Shown piece by piece: positions 38,575-47,572 of a DNA stretch of 64,000 nt; within the stretch, counting starts at the first letter, position 1, and each line of letters starts with the position of its first letter. Source of the stretch: Pseudomonadota bacterium (GTDB lineage: Bacteria; Bdellovibrionota_G; JALEGL01; DATDPG01); NCBI GenBank assembly GCA_043809315.1, contig JAZDDX010000017.1, forward strand, positions 98,075-162,074, given 5' to 3'. Made by a program: the position numbers and the translations under genes. The notes under the pieces were generated by a model that saw only the letters and a list, made by a program, of their open reading frames with translations, made no database searches and had not been told where the DNA came from.

Positions 38575-38799
38575 CTACTTTGCCTCGAAATCGAGCAGCT
38601 TACCCAGGGGTACGCCAATGGTTTGGGCGATCTTTGCCAACGTGACAATTTGTGGATTTACTAGGCCGTTTTCGATTTTCGATAGTGTCCCGCGCGAAAA
38701 TCCGGCCTCCAAATAGACGCGATCTTGGCTATAACCCCTTGACTTGCGAACCTTTGCGATATGTTTCCCCAGACGCGCAAGAAATGTCGTCGTGTTCAC
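38575..38799 (-). CDS. XRE-family HTH regulator
   Basis: LGKHIAKVRKSRGYSQ...TLSKIENGLVNP...TLAKIA. Start could extend to 38820. Confidence 0.88.
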   Translation of the reverse strand: MNTTTFLARLGKHIAKVRKSRGYSQDRVYLEAGFSRGTLSKIENGLVNPQIVTLAKIAQTIGVPLGKLLDFEAK

Positions 38800-38893
38800 T
38801 ACATGATTCTGAGACGGCAAACATTCGACTCTCTTCCTATAGGAAGGTAAAAAGAAGGAAGGTCTTGAGAATAGCAGATACTCGGGGGTTCAG

Positions 38894-39277
38894 ATGACAA
38901 GAACGAAGATCATTTTTGCGTTCATGGCGCTTTCGCTCCTCGCCGGATGTGGCGCCACCATCGTTTCGACAAAGCGAAACCTCTCCAACGATCCAAATGC
39001 CCCCGTGGCCTCAGGTCCTGATGGAGGCGAGATCAAGTTCTTGAACGAGGGACTAAGGGAATCGGTTGCGCAGGAGCAGCGGCAAGACGCCTACCGCCAA
39101 ATGAAGGATTATTGTCATGGACCGTACAAGATCGTCTCCGAAGAAACCAAATGGGAGCCGTATTCAGTGTCGGCCTGGGTTAACCCGACTCCTGCGCATG
39201 TCGTACACGTCAAATTTGAGTGCCTACCGGAAGGAGTCACAACCACCGATGGAAAGACGTCCAATCCTAAGGAGTAG
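38894..39277 (+). CDS. Hypothetical lipoprotein
   Basis: Lipobox LAGC; internal Cys pair (YCHG...FEC). Confidence 0.75.
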   Translation: MTRTKIIFAFMALSLLAGCGATIVSTKRNLSNDPNAPVASGPDGGEIKFLNEGLRESVAQEQRQDAYRQMKDYCHGPYKIVSEETKWEPYSVSAWVNPTPAHVVHVKFECLPEGVTTTDGKTSNPKE

Positions 39278-39482
39278 GAACCTAGTTGTCGCGCTGTTCT
39301 TTCTGATGGGGTGCGGAAGCGACGATAAAACCCCCGCTTGCGATGCAGCTTGCCAAGAGAGCCTTTGCCGGGATGGGTACTCAATATGTTACGACGGGTG
39401 TCAAATCGGTGGAGTAGATTTCTCGTGCCTGGCGGCGTGTGACAAAAAATGGTGTGCGTGCAGTGCAAAAGGTTGTTCATGA
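39249..39482 (+). CDS. Small cysteine-rich lipoprotein (77 aa)
   Basis: MERRPILRSRNLVVALFFLMGC followed by 10 more Cys in about 55 residues. Confidence 0.65.
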   Translation: MERRPILRSRNLVVALFFLMGCGSDDKTPACDAACQESLCRDGYSICYDGCQIGGVDFSCLAACDKKWCACSAKGCS

Positions 39483-39531
39483 AAAAAACAAAACGAAGGA
39501 CCCCAAGGCGATCTTCTTCCCCTCCCTGGAA

Positions 39532-39551
39532 GTGTCCGTTTTGGTGTCCAC
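39532..39551. repeat. Putative integrase arm-binding site, right
   Basis: Exact copy of 33123-33142. Confidence 0.75.
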
Positions 39552-39680
39552 ATTCGGCAGATTTCAGCGAATTTCGATGAAGAATGGCGAACGGTGGTTT
39601 AGGGAGGAAGTCGAGGCTAGAAAAGGCGTTTAGAGGGATTCGGGTCGACCTTCGCGGGGTTACAAAAACGCGGTCGGGTC

Positions 39681-39769
39681 GATTTTAAGTCCCGTGCGTC
39701 TACCAATTTCGCCACCCCGGCGCACTTGAAATTATTGAACTATTTTACTTTCTTCCAAACCACAAGTTC
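39681..39769. repeat. att site, right copy (displaced 5' fragment of tRNA-Leu plus upstream region)
   Basis: Matches 33029-33117; the tRNA fragment stops just after the anticodon loop. Confidence 0.95.
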
Positions 39770-39885
39770 TGACCACTGCGAGAACGTCCAAGAAGCGCAA
39801 TTGCCTCCATAAAGGCGCTCTGCAATTATTTCAGAGCCTGACCCCGTAAACACGCTCTAACTATTGAATATCGTTACCTACTTGC

Positions 39886-39902
39886 CGGTATGAACCGTGC
39901 AT
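39886..39902 (+). promoter_or_regulatory. Putative sigma-54 promoter
   Basis: CGGTATGAACCGTGCAT (GG-N10-GC) with an AT-rich, IHF-like tract upstream. Confidence 0.4.
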
Positions 39903-39919
39903 AATCATAAAGAATCATC

Positions 39920-42811
39920 ATGAGGAAGAGGATTTGGGTTCTGGTTCTTCTCCTGGCCGGCTGTTCCAGCGGGATGGGAGATGCTGCCAAAACCGATGTT
40001 GGCAACGGCGACGGCACTGCCGTCCCTACCGTCGACGTCACCAATGGGGTTCTTCCTCTTTCTTCACTCTGCGGGAACGGCGTCGTCGATTCGGGGGAGA
40101 AATGCGATCCGTTGTTCGGATGCCCTCACGAATGTCCCCAGACCGATTCCTGCCGGAAACCGAAACTCGTCGGGGACCCTTGGCGTTGCAGCGCGGAGTG
40201 TGCGTACGACGCCATCACCGCATGCGCGAATGACGACGGATGTTGCGCGGCAGGGTGCACCAGGGAGAACGACAACGACTGTTTCAAATACTACGTCGAC
40301 GCGAACGGCGGGTCCGATTCGAACAACGGACTCGCGCCCGACAAGGCCTGGAAGACGATCGCCAAGGTGAACGGTTCTTCGCTGGTTGCCGGGGATTCGG
40401 TCGGATTCAAACGAGGTGAGACCTGGCGGGAAACGCTCGTCATTCCGTCCTCCGGAGCCACGGGGAACCGGATCGTCTTCGGAGCGTACGGGAACGGGGA
40501 GAAGCCGCTGATCAACCCGACGACCCGAGTCCAGAGCTGGAGGGTATCGAGTGGAAACGTCTGGGAGGCCGATGTCAGCTCTCCGATGCGGCAGCTCCTG
40601 TTCGACGGCGAACTCCTTCCACTCGCCCATGATCCAAACGGTGATTTTCATACGATCGACGTCGACAGCCCGATCGGGACTTCCCTTGTGGACGCCGGCA
40701 TCGCATCCCATGCGGCGGAACTGACCGACGCCACCGTCTGCATCCGGACGGTCGATTGGGAGATCGAGGAACGAAAGGTCACGTCGTTCGACGCCGGAAC
40801 GAATACGCTCAATTTCGACACCGCCGTCCGGTACGCGGTCAACGCCGGTCGTGGCTATTACCTTGAAAACCGGAGGTGGATGCTCGACTCGGCCGGGGAG
40901 TGGTTCTTCGATGCCGGGGCGGGGCGTCTCTACCTCTGGCCCCCCGGGAACGTGAATCCGAACGAACACACAGTCGAGGTCTCCCCGCTCAACACGACCA
41001 GCGCGGTCGCGAAGGAGGAGGTCGGGATCTACGGCGTCAATCGACGATACATCACCGTAAGCGATCTCGCCGTGCGCAGCGCCGCCCGAATTGGCGCTTA
41101 TTTTCAAGACGCCGGTTTCCTCCGCTTAGCCCACCTCGACATCCGATCGATCGGAGGGAACGCAGTCCCCGATCCGGGCTATCTCTGGGGACGAGGGATC
41201 TACGTCAATCGGACGCCGTCGACGGCCGCTGAACCGAGCACGATCGAAGGGAACGTGATCGAAAACACCGTACGCGAAGGGATCTACATCGACGGCTCCC
41301 CGTCCGTCCAAATTCTTCACAATACCGTCCGGAATCCGGGGGCCGTCGGCCTTCCGAGACGAAGTTCCGCCGGAATCGTCGCGGGGAGCGGATCGACCGG
41401 CGCCTTGGTCGAGGGGAACGAGGTCACGAACGCCGGCCTGATGGGGATCGGGTTCTCGGCGGCCAACATCGTGATCCGCCGGAACGTCGTCAACCGCGCC
41501 TGCTCCGTCCTGATGGACTGCGGCGGGATCTACACATGGAATGGCATCGAGACGGACCTGGGCCGTTCGGGGGGCACCATCGAACGAAACGTCGTCATGA
41601 ACTCGATCGGGAACCCAACCGGTACGGGGAGAACCACGTATGGCGCCCACGGCATCTACTTCGACAACCGGAGCAACGGGCTCACGGTTCGGGAGAACGC
41701 GTCGATCCGGAACCGCCGAGCCGGGATCTATTTCAGCAACAACTTCGACGACACGATCTTGAAAAACAACTTGTACGGCAACGACGTGGCCGGGATGAGG
41801 TTCGGCGAACATGGGTGGGACGGAATGGCCGATTTCGGTCCCGGCTTTGTGCACGGGAACAACGCCAGCGGAAACGTCCTCTTTTCGACATCGGCCGAAA
41901 GTTTGGGCCTTCAGGTCGAGAGCGATTTCGATCCTCCTCATGTCGCGGAGTTCGCTGGGAACGCGTACGTCCAGCCGTACAATCGGGTGCGTGCGGTCTC
42001 CACCATCCGAAGCTCCCCATGGCTGGAGCAGTTCTTCATGTTGTCGGGATGGCAATCGTTGACCGGAAACGACCCGACCGGGTGGACGACGGACGCTTTT
42101 TACGAAGTCGTCCCGTTTGTGGCTCGAACGATCGCCGGACCGGAGATCATTGCAAACGGCACTTTCAATGCGGACGTTTCAAGCTGGCGTACCTGGCCGG
42201 CGGATCTTCCGCACGAATGGGTTTCCGACTGCGGGCTGAACGGGGGGTGCTACAAGGGGACCAAGCGCGCGGATACCGGGTCGGTACAGGAGCTCGGATA
42301 CGCCGGTCCGTTCGGCGTCACGAAAGACCGGACGTATCTTCTCCGCTTCAGCGCTCGCGCGAGCAAATACGAGCGGGTTCGCGTGAACCTCATGATGCAC
42401 GAATCTCCGTGGAGCACCCTCTGGACCGACACGTTGGCGATCGGCCCGTTCCGATCGGAGCACGCGTTTATCGTCAAAAGCGCGCAGACCCTGCAAGCGC
42501 GACTTCAATTTCAGAGCGGTCCGACCACGGGGGTCGATTACTATTTCGACAACGTGACGCTCAAAGAGGCCTCGGACATCACCTACAACGAGACCTGGGA
42601 TGACAGCCGGATTCTCTTCAACGCCTCGAGCGTCGAACGGACGTTGCCGTTGGGTGAACCGTATTGCGATCTCCAGGGAAACGTCGTCAGCGGAAGCGTC
42701 CCTCTCGGCGCGTTCGAATCGCAAGTACTTCTCTCCTGTTTCTGCAACCGGGACGGGGGCTGCAACAACCGCGAAACCAAGGACACGTGTCCTTCCGATT
42801 GCGGCGGTTGA
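39920..42811 (+). CDS. Large lipoprotein: Cys-rich repeats, right-handed beta-helix (pectate-lyase-like) and CBM4/9-like module
   Basis: Lipobox LAGC; CGNGVVDSGEKCD; YYVDANGGSDSNNG...AWKTI; GIY...IxxN repeats; IANGTFN...YFDNV. Confidence 0.85.
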   Translation: MRKRIWVLVLLLAGCSSGMGDAAKTDVGNGDGTAVPTVDVTNGVLPLSSLCGNGVVDSGEKCDPLFGCPHECPQTDSCRKPKLVGDPWRCSAECAYDAITACANDDGCCAAGCTRENDNDCFKYYVDANGGSDSNNGLAPDKAWKTIAKVNGSSLVAGDSVGFKRGETWRETLVIPSSGATGNRIVFGAYGNGEKPLINPTTRVQSWRVSSGNVWEADVSSPMRQLLFDGELLPLAHDPNGDFHTIDVDSPIGTSLVDAGIASHAAELTDATVCIRTVDWEIEERKVTSFDAGTNTLNFDTAVRYAVNAGRGYYLENRRWMLDSAGEWFFDAGAGRLYLWPPGNVNPNEHTVEVSPLNTTSAVAKEEVGIYGVNRRYITVSDLAVRSAARIGAYFQDAGFLRLAHLDIRSIGGNAVPDPGYLWGRGIYVNRTPSTAAEPSTIEGNVIENTVREGIYIDGSPSVQILHNTVRNPGAVGLPRRSSAGIVAGSGSTGALVEGNEVTNAGLMGIGFSAANIVIRRNVVNRACSVLMDCGGIYTWNGIETDLGRSGGTIERNVVMNSIGNPTGTGRTTYGAHGIYFDNRSNGLTVRENASIRNRRAGIYFSNNFDDTILKNNLYGNDVAGMRFGEHGWDGMADFGPGFVHGNNASGNVLFSTSAESLGLQVESDFDPPHVAEFAGNAYVQPYNRVRAVSTIRSSPWLEQFFMLSGWQSLTGNDPTGWTTDAFYEVVPFVARTIAGPEIIANGTFNADVSSWRTWPADLPHEWVSDCGLNGGCYKGTKRADTGSVQELGYAGPFGVTKDRTYLLRFSARASKYERVRVNLMMHESPWSTLWTDTLAIGPFRSEHAFIVKSAQTLQARLQFQSGPTTGVDYYFDNVTLKEASDITYNETWDDSRILFNASSVERTLPLGEPYCDLQGNVVSGSVPLGAFESQVLLSCFCNRDGGCNNRETKDTCPSDCGG

Positions 42812-42815
42812 CCGC

Positions 42816-44087
42816 CTACTTCCGGATCCCGCGAAGAGTCTTCCCAACTCGTTTGGACCAGCGTCCGTCGAGACGCTTTTCCTTGGGTCGGGGGTCGGTC
42901 CCTTTCGTATCGAGTTCCTCGCGCCGAAGTTCCGACTCCCGAACAGCGTTCACTGCCCCCTTCGGTGGTGACATCTCTGTGAAAATATCCCTCGGGTTCG
43001 GACGTTCTATCATCTTCTCGTTCGGTTGCCGCGGCAGAGGGTAGGGGTTGTTCTTCACCGTTTGTGTGATTCGGACCCAATCCAGGAGCGTCATCGGATT
43101 GCCTGGCCTCGGATTTCCCTTCCCCGGAACCTTCCATTCGACGGACGGTTGACCGAGAGTGGTCTTCTCCGCCACGAGTTTCGAGGGGTCCAGGTCCACA
43201 CCGTCGGCTGCGGCGAGCCGAAGGAACCCGCTGACCTTCCCCGGATCGGCGTCGATCGAGAAGGTCAGATCTTCCGTCGGTTCCAGGATGAAGCGTTGTT
43301 TTCCCGTCGTCGAACCGTCGCTGAGAATTCCTCCCTCCCGAGCGAGTTTAACGAGATCGTTCCAACGCACTTCCTCCGGCCGTGTATCTCCCAGGATTTC
43401 GGCGACGAAATCTTTGTAGCCGTTCATTCGCAGATACTCACCGAACGAGATCGTTTTCGGAATCGTTTCGACCGAAACCATTTCGATCGGAACCCACTCC
43501 ACCTTCAACTCCGGTCCTTCGAGGTGTTCAATCAGGGTGACCCGGGTCAAGAGCTCCATCTGAAGGTTCGGATTCACTCCGTCGAAATGCCGGGTTGTCT
43601 GGACGAGCCAATAGGCCCACTCAGGTGTCGCCGAGCAGACGATTTCGTTTTTCCCTCTATGGTCGGAAAAAATGAATTTCTTTTCTCCTGGTTTTGGTCT
43701 CGTGCTGCCGAACCGAATATCCCGGAGCTTGTATTCGAACGTCGACCAGGAGGCGTCAAAAAAACCGACAGAGAATCCCGTGTTCGACAGAATGACATCG
43801 CTCGGCAGAGAGATGCCACCCCCGACGAAGACTTTCTGCCATTGGAGCCAACGTTGAAGCAGGGGAACCCCATCGACGCCGCCCGCCCCCACGGGATGTC
43901 GAATGAGAGGTTTGTGAGCTTCGGTCCCTGTTTTGATTAGCTCCTGGAGGGTCGGATAATCCTCCGGTACGATCTTGTCGGTGTAATCGAAGCGTTGTTG
44001 AGAAAAACCGCTGGTGGCGAACGTGAGAACAAACCCCGACGCCAAAACTCCCGCGGCCCTTACGAGACGAATCCCCCCTTGGACCAT
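42816..44087 (-). CDS. Hypothetical secreted protein
   Basis: Signal-like N-terminus; TATAAT just upstream; long ORF with no recognised motif. Confidence 0.65.
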   Translation of the reverse strand: MVQGGIRLVRAAGVLASGFVLTFATSGFSQQRFDYTDKIVPEDYPTLQELIKTGTEAHKPLIRHPVGAGGVDGVPLLQRWLQWQKVFVGGGISLPSDVILSNTGFSVGFFDASWSTFEYKLRDIRFGSTRPKPGEKKFIFSDHRGKNEIVCSATPEWAYWLVQTTRHFDGVNPNLQMELLTRVTLIEHLEGPELKVEWVPIEMVSVETIPKTISFGEYLRMNGYKDFVAEILGDTRPEEVRWNDLVKLAREGGILSDGSTTGKQRFILEPTEDLTFSIDADPGKVSGFLRLAAADGVDLDPSKLVAEKTTLGQPSVEWKVPGKGNPRPGNPMTLLDWVRITQTVKNNPYPLPRQPNEKMIERPNPRDIFTEMSPPKGAVNAVRESELRREELDTKGTDPRPKEKRLDGRWSKRVGKTLRGIRK

Positions 44088-44236
44088 CTTTCCCCCCCAA
44101 CCCATTATATTTCACCTCTTTACGGCTCTTGCAACCCGCAAAGAGTCGAAAAAAGAATTGCATATCATCCATGAGCGCAGTGCGTCAATGGGTCGAGTAT
44201 TTGTTCGTAACTAATTTATATCAAAGAATAAAACGA

Positions 44237-45484
44237 TCAGAACTTGTATGAACCTCCCAGCAACACGGCGTAGTTACGCTGCTCGACGTCGATCCGGTTC
44301 ATCTGGTTGTCAATCCCTTCCCCCCAACCGAAGCTGATCGTGGTGCCGAGGGTGATCGATGTCTTTTCGGTGTCGAGGCTTAACGAAGCCGCGAGGCCGA
44401 GGAAGTCGACGTGGTCCGCCTGTCCCCCCACGCCGGTGCGGATGTCGGGGGCGGAGGAGAAGTCGCTGAAGAACCCGAGACGGAGCGGGATGTTCGGGTA
44501 CACGTAATACTCGCTCCCGACGCTGAAGTTGTAGATCGTCTCCCGCTCGATTTCGGTCCCGGCCGCGTTCCGGAATGGCGCGAAGCTGTCCCCGGGGTGA
44601 ACCAGGAGATCGGCCGCGACGAGCCAGTTCCCCTTCTTGAGATAGGCCGCTCCGAGCGTCACCGTTTGCGGGATCGGATAGTTCGGATTCAGGTTCCGGT
44701 TGTCGGTGATCGTCGTGTCGACGTTGGTGGTCGTCTTGTCCTGGGCAATCGTGGAAGTGAAGACCGAACCGCTGGCGTGAAGATGGATCGAGGGGGGCTG
44801 ATAGGTGAGACCGAGCCAGAGGTTTTCGACGGGGGAATACCGGAGTCCGACCTTCCCGACGAGGTTCCCGGCCGACTGCGTTTCCAGGAGGAACCCTTGC
44901 CCGAGCGTTGTCGCGTCGTTCTGGTAGATGAACGCCATGCTCTTGGCCTGGCGCAGGGAATAGAACACCGAAGCGCCGAGAGAGAAGCGATCGCTGACCC
45001 GCCGGGCGTACGATGGCCCGATGAGGAGCGTCCGGTCCTGGATCGACCGGGTGAGGAGAGCCTGTCCCCCCGTGACGTTGAAGTCGACCCGTCCGAACAG
45101 ATCGACCTGCTCCGTCACGACGACGTTCAGGCCGACCGCATCCTTCGCGTCATGCGTGAACCGTTTCACGAAGCTCGCCACCGCGGGGATCGAGTTGTAC
45201 GAGTCCTGGGTCAGATCGGCTGAATCACCGGCGAACTTGAGCGCCTTGGATCGCGACCCGCGTGTCAGGCGGTAGAGGTTCGCGGCGACCGAAAGGGAGG
45301 TCTGGTCGACGAAGGCGAGCCCCGCCGGGTTGTAGTATCCCCCTTCGCCGCTGTCGGAGAGAGCCGTGTACGCCCCTCCCAGACCGACAGCCCGTTCCCC
45401 GACCAGGATCGGCCGGTAGTTGAACGTTCCAGCCCATGCCGGAATCGAGGGAAGGAGACAGAGGAGGAGAAGGAATCTTCTCAT
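44237..45484 (-). CDS. FadL/OmpP1-family outer-membrane beta-barrel
   Basis: AWA signal, GERAVGLGGAYTALS, YYNPAGLA, C-terminal SYKF. Confidence 0.85.
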   Translation of the reverse strand: MRRFLLLLCLLPSIPAWAGTFNYRPILVGERAVGLGGAYTALSDSGEGGYYNPAGLAFVDQTSLSVAANLYRLTRGSRSKALKFAGDSADLTQDSYNSIPAVASFVKRFTHDAKDAVGLNVVVTEQVDLFGRVDFNVTGGQALLTRSIQDRTLLIGPSYARRVSDRFSLGASVFYSLRQAKSMAFIYQNDATTLGQGFLLETQSAGNLVGKVGLRYSPVENLWLGLTYQPPSIHLHASGSVFTSTIAQDKTTTNVDTTITDNRNLNPNYPIPQTVTLGAAYLKKGNWLVAADLLVHPGDSFAPFRNAAGTEIERETIYNFSVGSEYYVYPNIPLRLGFFSDFSSAPDIRTGVGGQADHVDFLGLAASLSLDTEKTSITLGTTISFGWGEGIDNQMNRIDVEQRNYAVLLGGSYKF

Positions 45485-45599
45485 AGAAATACGCATAACG
45501 CCCTCGGAAGGGTCCGGTCAAAGAATCGATTCGAGGACTCGAGGGTCCGGAAACTGGACTCGGTGTTCCGTCGGAAGCGTTGTGGACCGTTCCGGCCGC

Positions 45600-45615
45600 T
45601 GGCCGGAAATTTGCA
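45600..45615 (+). promoter_or_regulatory. Putative sigma-54 promoter of the FHA genes
   Basis: TGGCCGGAAATTTGCA, close to the TGGC-N8-TTGCA consensus; ends 13 nt before ATG 45629. Confidence 0.65.
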
Positions 45616-45628
45616 CGAGGGTCCGGGT

Positions 45629-46654
45629 ATGTGGAGGGAGGATCTCGAGGTCGTTCGAGTCGACGGGAAACCGGGAGGAACGTGGCGGGTGCCGTTCCCT
45701 CGCCGGCGAATTTCCATCGGTCGCGGGGTATCGAACGACATCATCTTGCTCGACCCTTCGGTCCCCCTCCATGCCGTGATCACCGGCCGCGACGACGGAC
45801 CGTTCGAGGTCGGCCCGTACCGATGCCGGGCGAGGCGTTGTTTCTCTCTTCCGACTCTCGTCGGGATGGCGATCTTCTCCCTGTCGCTGACGTTCGCGAC
45901 GTCGATCTTCCTCGGGCAGCCTGCGGTACGTTTCTCGGAAACTGAGCCGTCCGAGGTTCCCCTACCGGCTCGCGGGAGCTATGGGCGGTTGGAGGAGGGG
46001 AGGTCGGTCTCCCGGCTGTCGTTCCGTTTCGAACATTCCGGAAGGGACGGCGTCCTTCTGCACTACATCCCGGGCGGGCTCACCGATTCCTCTGCGCTGT
46101 CGATCGAACTGAACGGAGTTCCGATCGGTTTCGTCCCCGTCTGTCCCGGGGACTGGGGGATCGAACAGCGACTGATGTTGCCGCTCTCGGGGGTCCGGCT
46201 CGGGTGGAACCGGATCTCATTCTCGATGCGGAGTCCGGAATCGGCGCCGTCGCGCTGGGGACTCCGGGGCCTGTATGTAACGGCGGTCCCTCTGGACCGG
46301 ATCGTCGGGGAGGATGCCGACTCCCTCCTTGCGGCGGCCGATCGTCTCTTGCGGGAGGGGGGGGAGAGCCCCGGCCGCCTTGCCGAGGCCGGGAGACTGG
46401 TCAATCGGGCGATCGAGCGGTTTCAAGTCGGCGACGGCCCCCTGCCGGCCCGTGCAATCGTGCTCCGGCGCGGGATCGACAGGGCTCGAAACGATCTCTA
46501 CGACGCTTTCATGGCGGAGGCCCGCCGAGCGTCCAGGCTCGGCGATCGGGAGCGGGCGAAAGGGATCTATGCGCAGCTCCTCTCCGGGTTCACGGAGGTG
46601 GGGGATTCGCGCCGAAGAAAGATCACGTACGCCTTGGAGGAACTCACCCGATGA
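45629..46654 (+). CDS. FHA domain, TM helix and extracytoplasmic domain protein
   Basis: ISIGRGVSNDIILLDPSVPLHAVI (FHA GR...S..H), TM helix, beta domain, helical C-terminus. Confidence 0.75.
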   Translation: MWREDLEVVRVDGKPGGTWRVPFPRRRISIGRGVSNDIILLDPSVPLHAVITGRDDGPFEVGPYRCRARRCFSLPTLVGMAIFSLSLTFATSIFLGQPAVRFSETEPSEVPLPARGSYGRLEEGRSVSRLSFRFEHSGRDGVLLHYIPGGLTDSSALSIELNGVPIGFVPVCPGDWGIEQRLMLPLSGVRLGWNRISFSMRSPESAPSRWGLRGLYVTAVPLDRIVGEDADSLLAAADRLLREGGESPGRLAEAGRLVNRAIERFQVGDGPLPARAIVLRRGIDRARNDLYDAFMAEARRASRLGDRERAKGIYAQLLSGFTEVGDSRRRKITYALEELTR

Positions 46655-47538
46655 ACGAGCCGGTCCTGACCCGTTGGCTCTTTCTCCGGCGGGCGACCGG
46701 AGAACGTCTCGTGCGCGCGCGCTTTTTCGGGCGATCGGGAACGCTCACGCTGACAGGGGAGGAAGATCCCTGTTGGTTCGTCCGTCTCGGAGAGGGACGA
46801 CTCCGGCTCACGGTTCCGGAGGCCCTCGCTGCGTGCCTTTACGAACCGGGGGTTGTGCTGTGGAGGTCTTCTCCCGAATCGGCGCCGGAAGAGGCCCCCC
46901 GACGGCATCTCCCGTCTCTTCTGACGTTGTTGATCGTCTGTCTTTGTCTTCTCTGGATCGTTCGGATCGCCGTCTCAACGTCCTCCGCGCCGCGTTCCGC
47001 GAATCATCCGCACATTCCGGTTCGGTCGGTCGCGGGTATCGCGAAGCAGCCATCTCCTCTTCCGATGGCCGCGATTCGACGTTTGCCGGTTCCGGTCCGT
47101 CGCCGTACCGATCGTCGACTGCTTACCTCCGTTCTCAAGGCGTTCACGTCCGGCGATCTTGCGCGGGCCGAAGCGATCCTCGAGACGGCGGAAGCCGGGA
47201 ACGACGGCCGGATGCCGTATGGCCTGCGGAAGGCGGCCCGGGAGGTCCGGTATGCGGCATGCCGGCAGGCGTTTGAACGGGGGAATTGGGGAAGCGCATC
47301 CCGTGCATGCGAACGGACGGTCCGGGAGTTTCACCACGCGGGGTCACGGGAAATTCTCAGCCGGATCGAGGAGCGCGCGCGGAGGCTGTTCCTCGAAGGG
47401 TATGTCATGGAGGATCGGAATCCGTCCGCGGCATTGCGTCGCTATCGGGAGGTTCTGTCGATCGCTCCGGCGGGAGGAACCTACCGATCGAAAGCGGCCG
47501 AGAAACTCCGGACACTCGCGCGGACTCGCACAAATTGA
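46651..47538 (+). CDS. Single-pass membrane protein with C-terminal TPR-like helices
   Basis: ATGA-coupled; TM LLTLLIVCLCLLWIV; Pro-rich linker; ARRLFLEGYVME..NP..A...YREVL. Confidence 0.7.
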   Translation: MNEPVLTRWLFLRRATGERLVRARFFGRSGTLTLTGEEDPCWFVRLGEGRLRLTVPEALAACLYEPGVVLWRSSPESAPEEAPRRHLPSLLTLLIVCLCLLWIVRIAVSTSSAPRSANHPHIPVRSVAGIAKQPSPLPMAAIRRLPVPVRRRTDRRLLTSVLKAFTSGDLARAEAILETAEAGNDGRMPYGLRKAAREVRYAACRQAFERGNWGSASRACERTVREFHHAGSREILSRIEERARRLFLEGYVMEDRNPSAALRRYREVLSIAPAGGTYRSKAAEKLRTLARTRTN

Positions 47539-47572
47539 ACGAGGAACATCGATCTGACACAATCAACGCGGC

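Larger units (their letters stand above)
33029..39769. mobile_element. Integrative element (phage-satellite-like) in tRNA-Leu, ~6.7 kb
   Basis: Flanking 89-bp direct repeats, tyrosine integrase, excisionase, rep and helicase; lower GC than the flanks. Confidence 0.92.

Noticed and set aside
39681-39721. Second tRNA-Leu gene
   Set aside because: Only the 5' half is present; the variable arm, T arm and 3' acceptor strand are absent. It is an att fragment.
33029-39769. Complete prophage or conjugative element
   Set aside because: No structural, lysis, relaxase or T4SS genes are recognisable between the att repeats.
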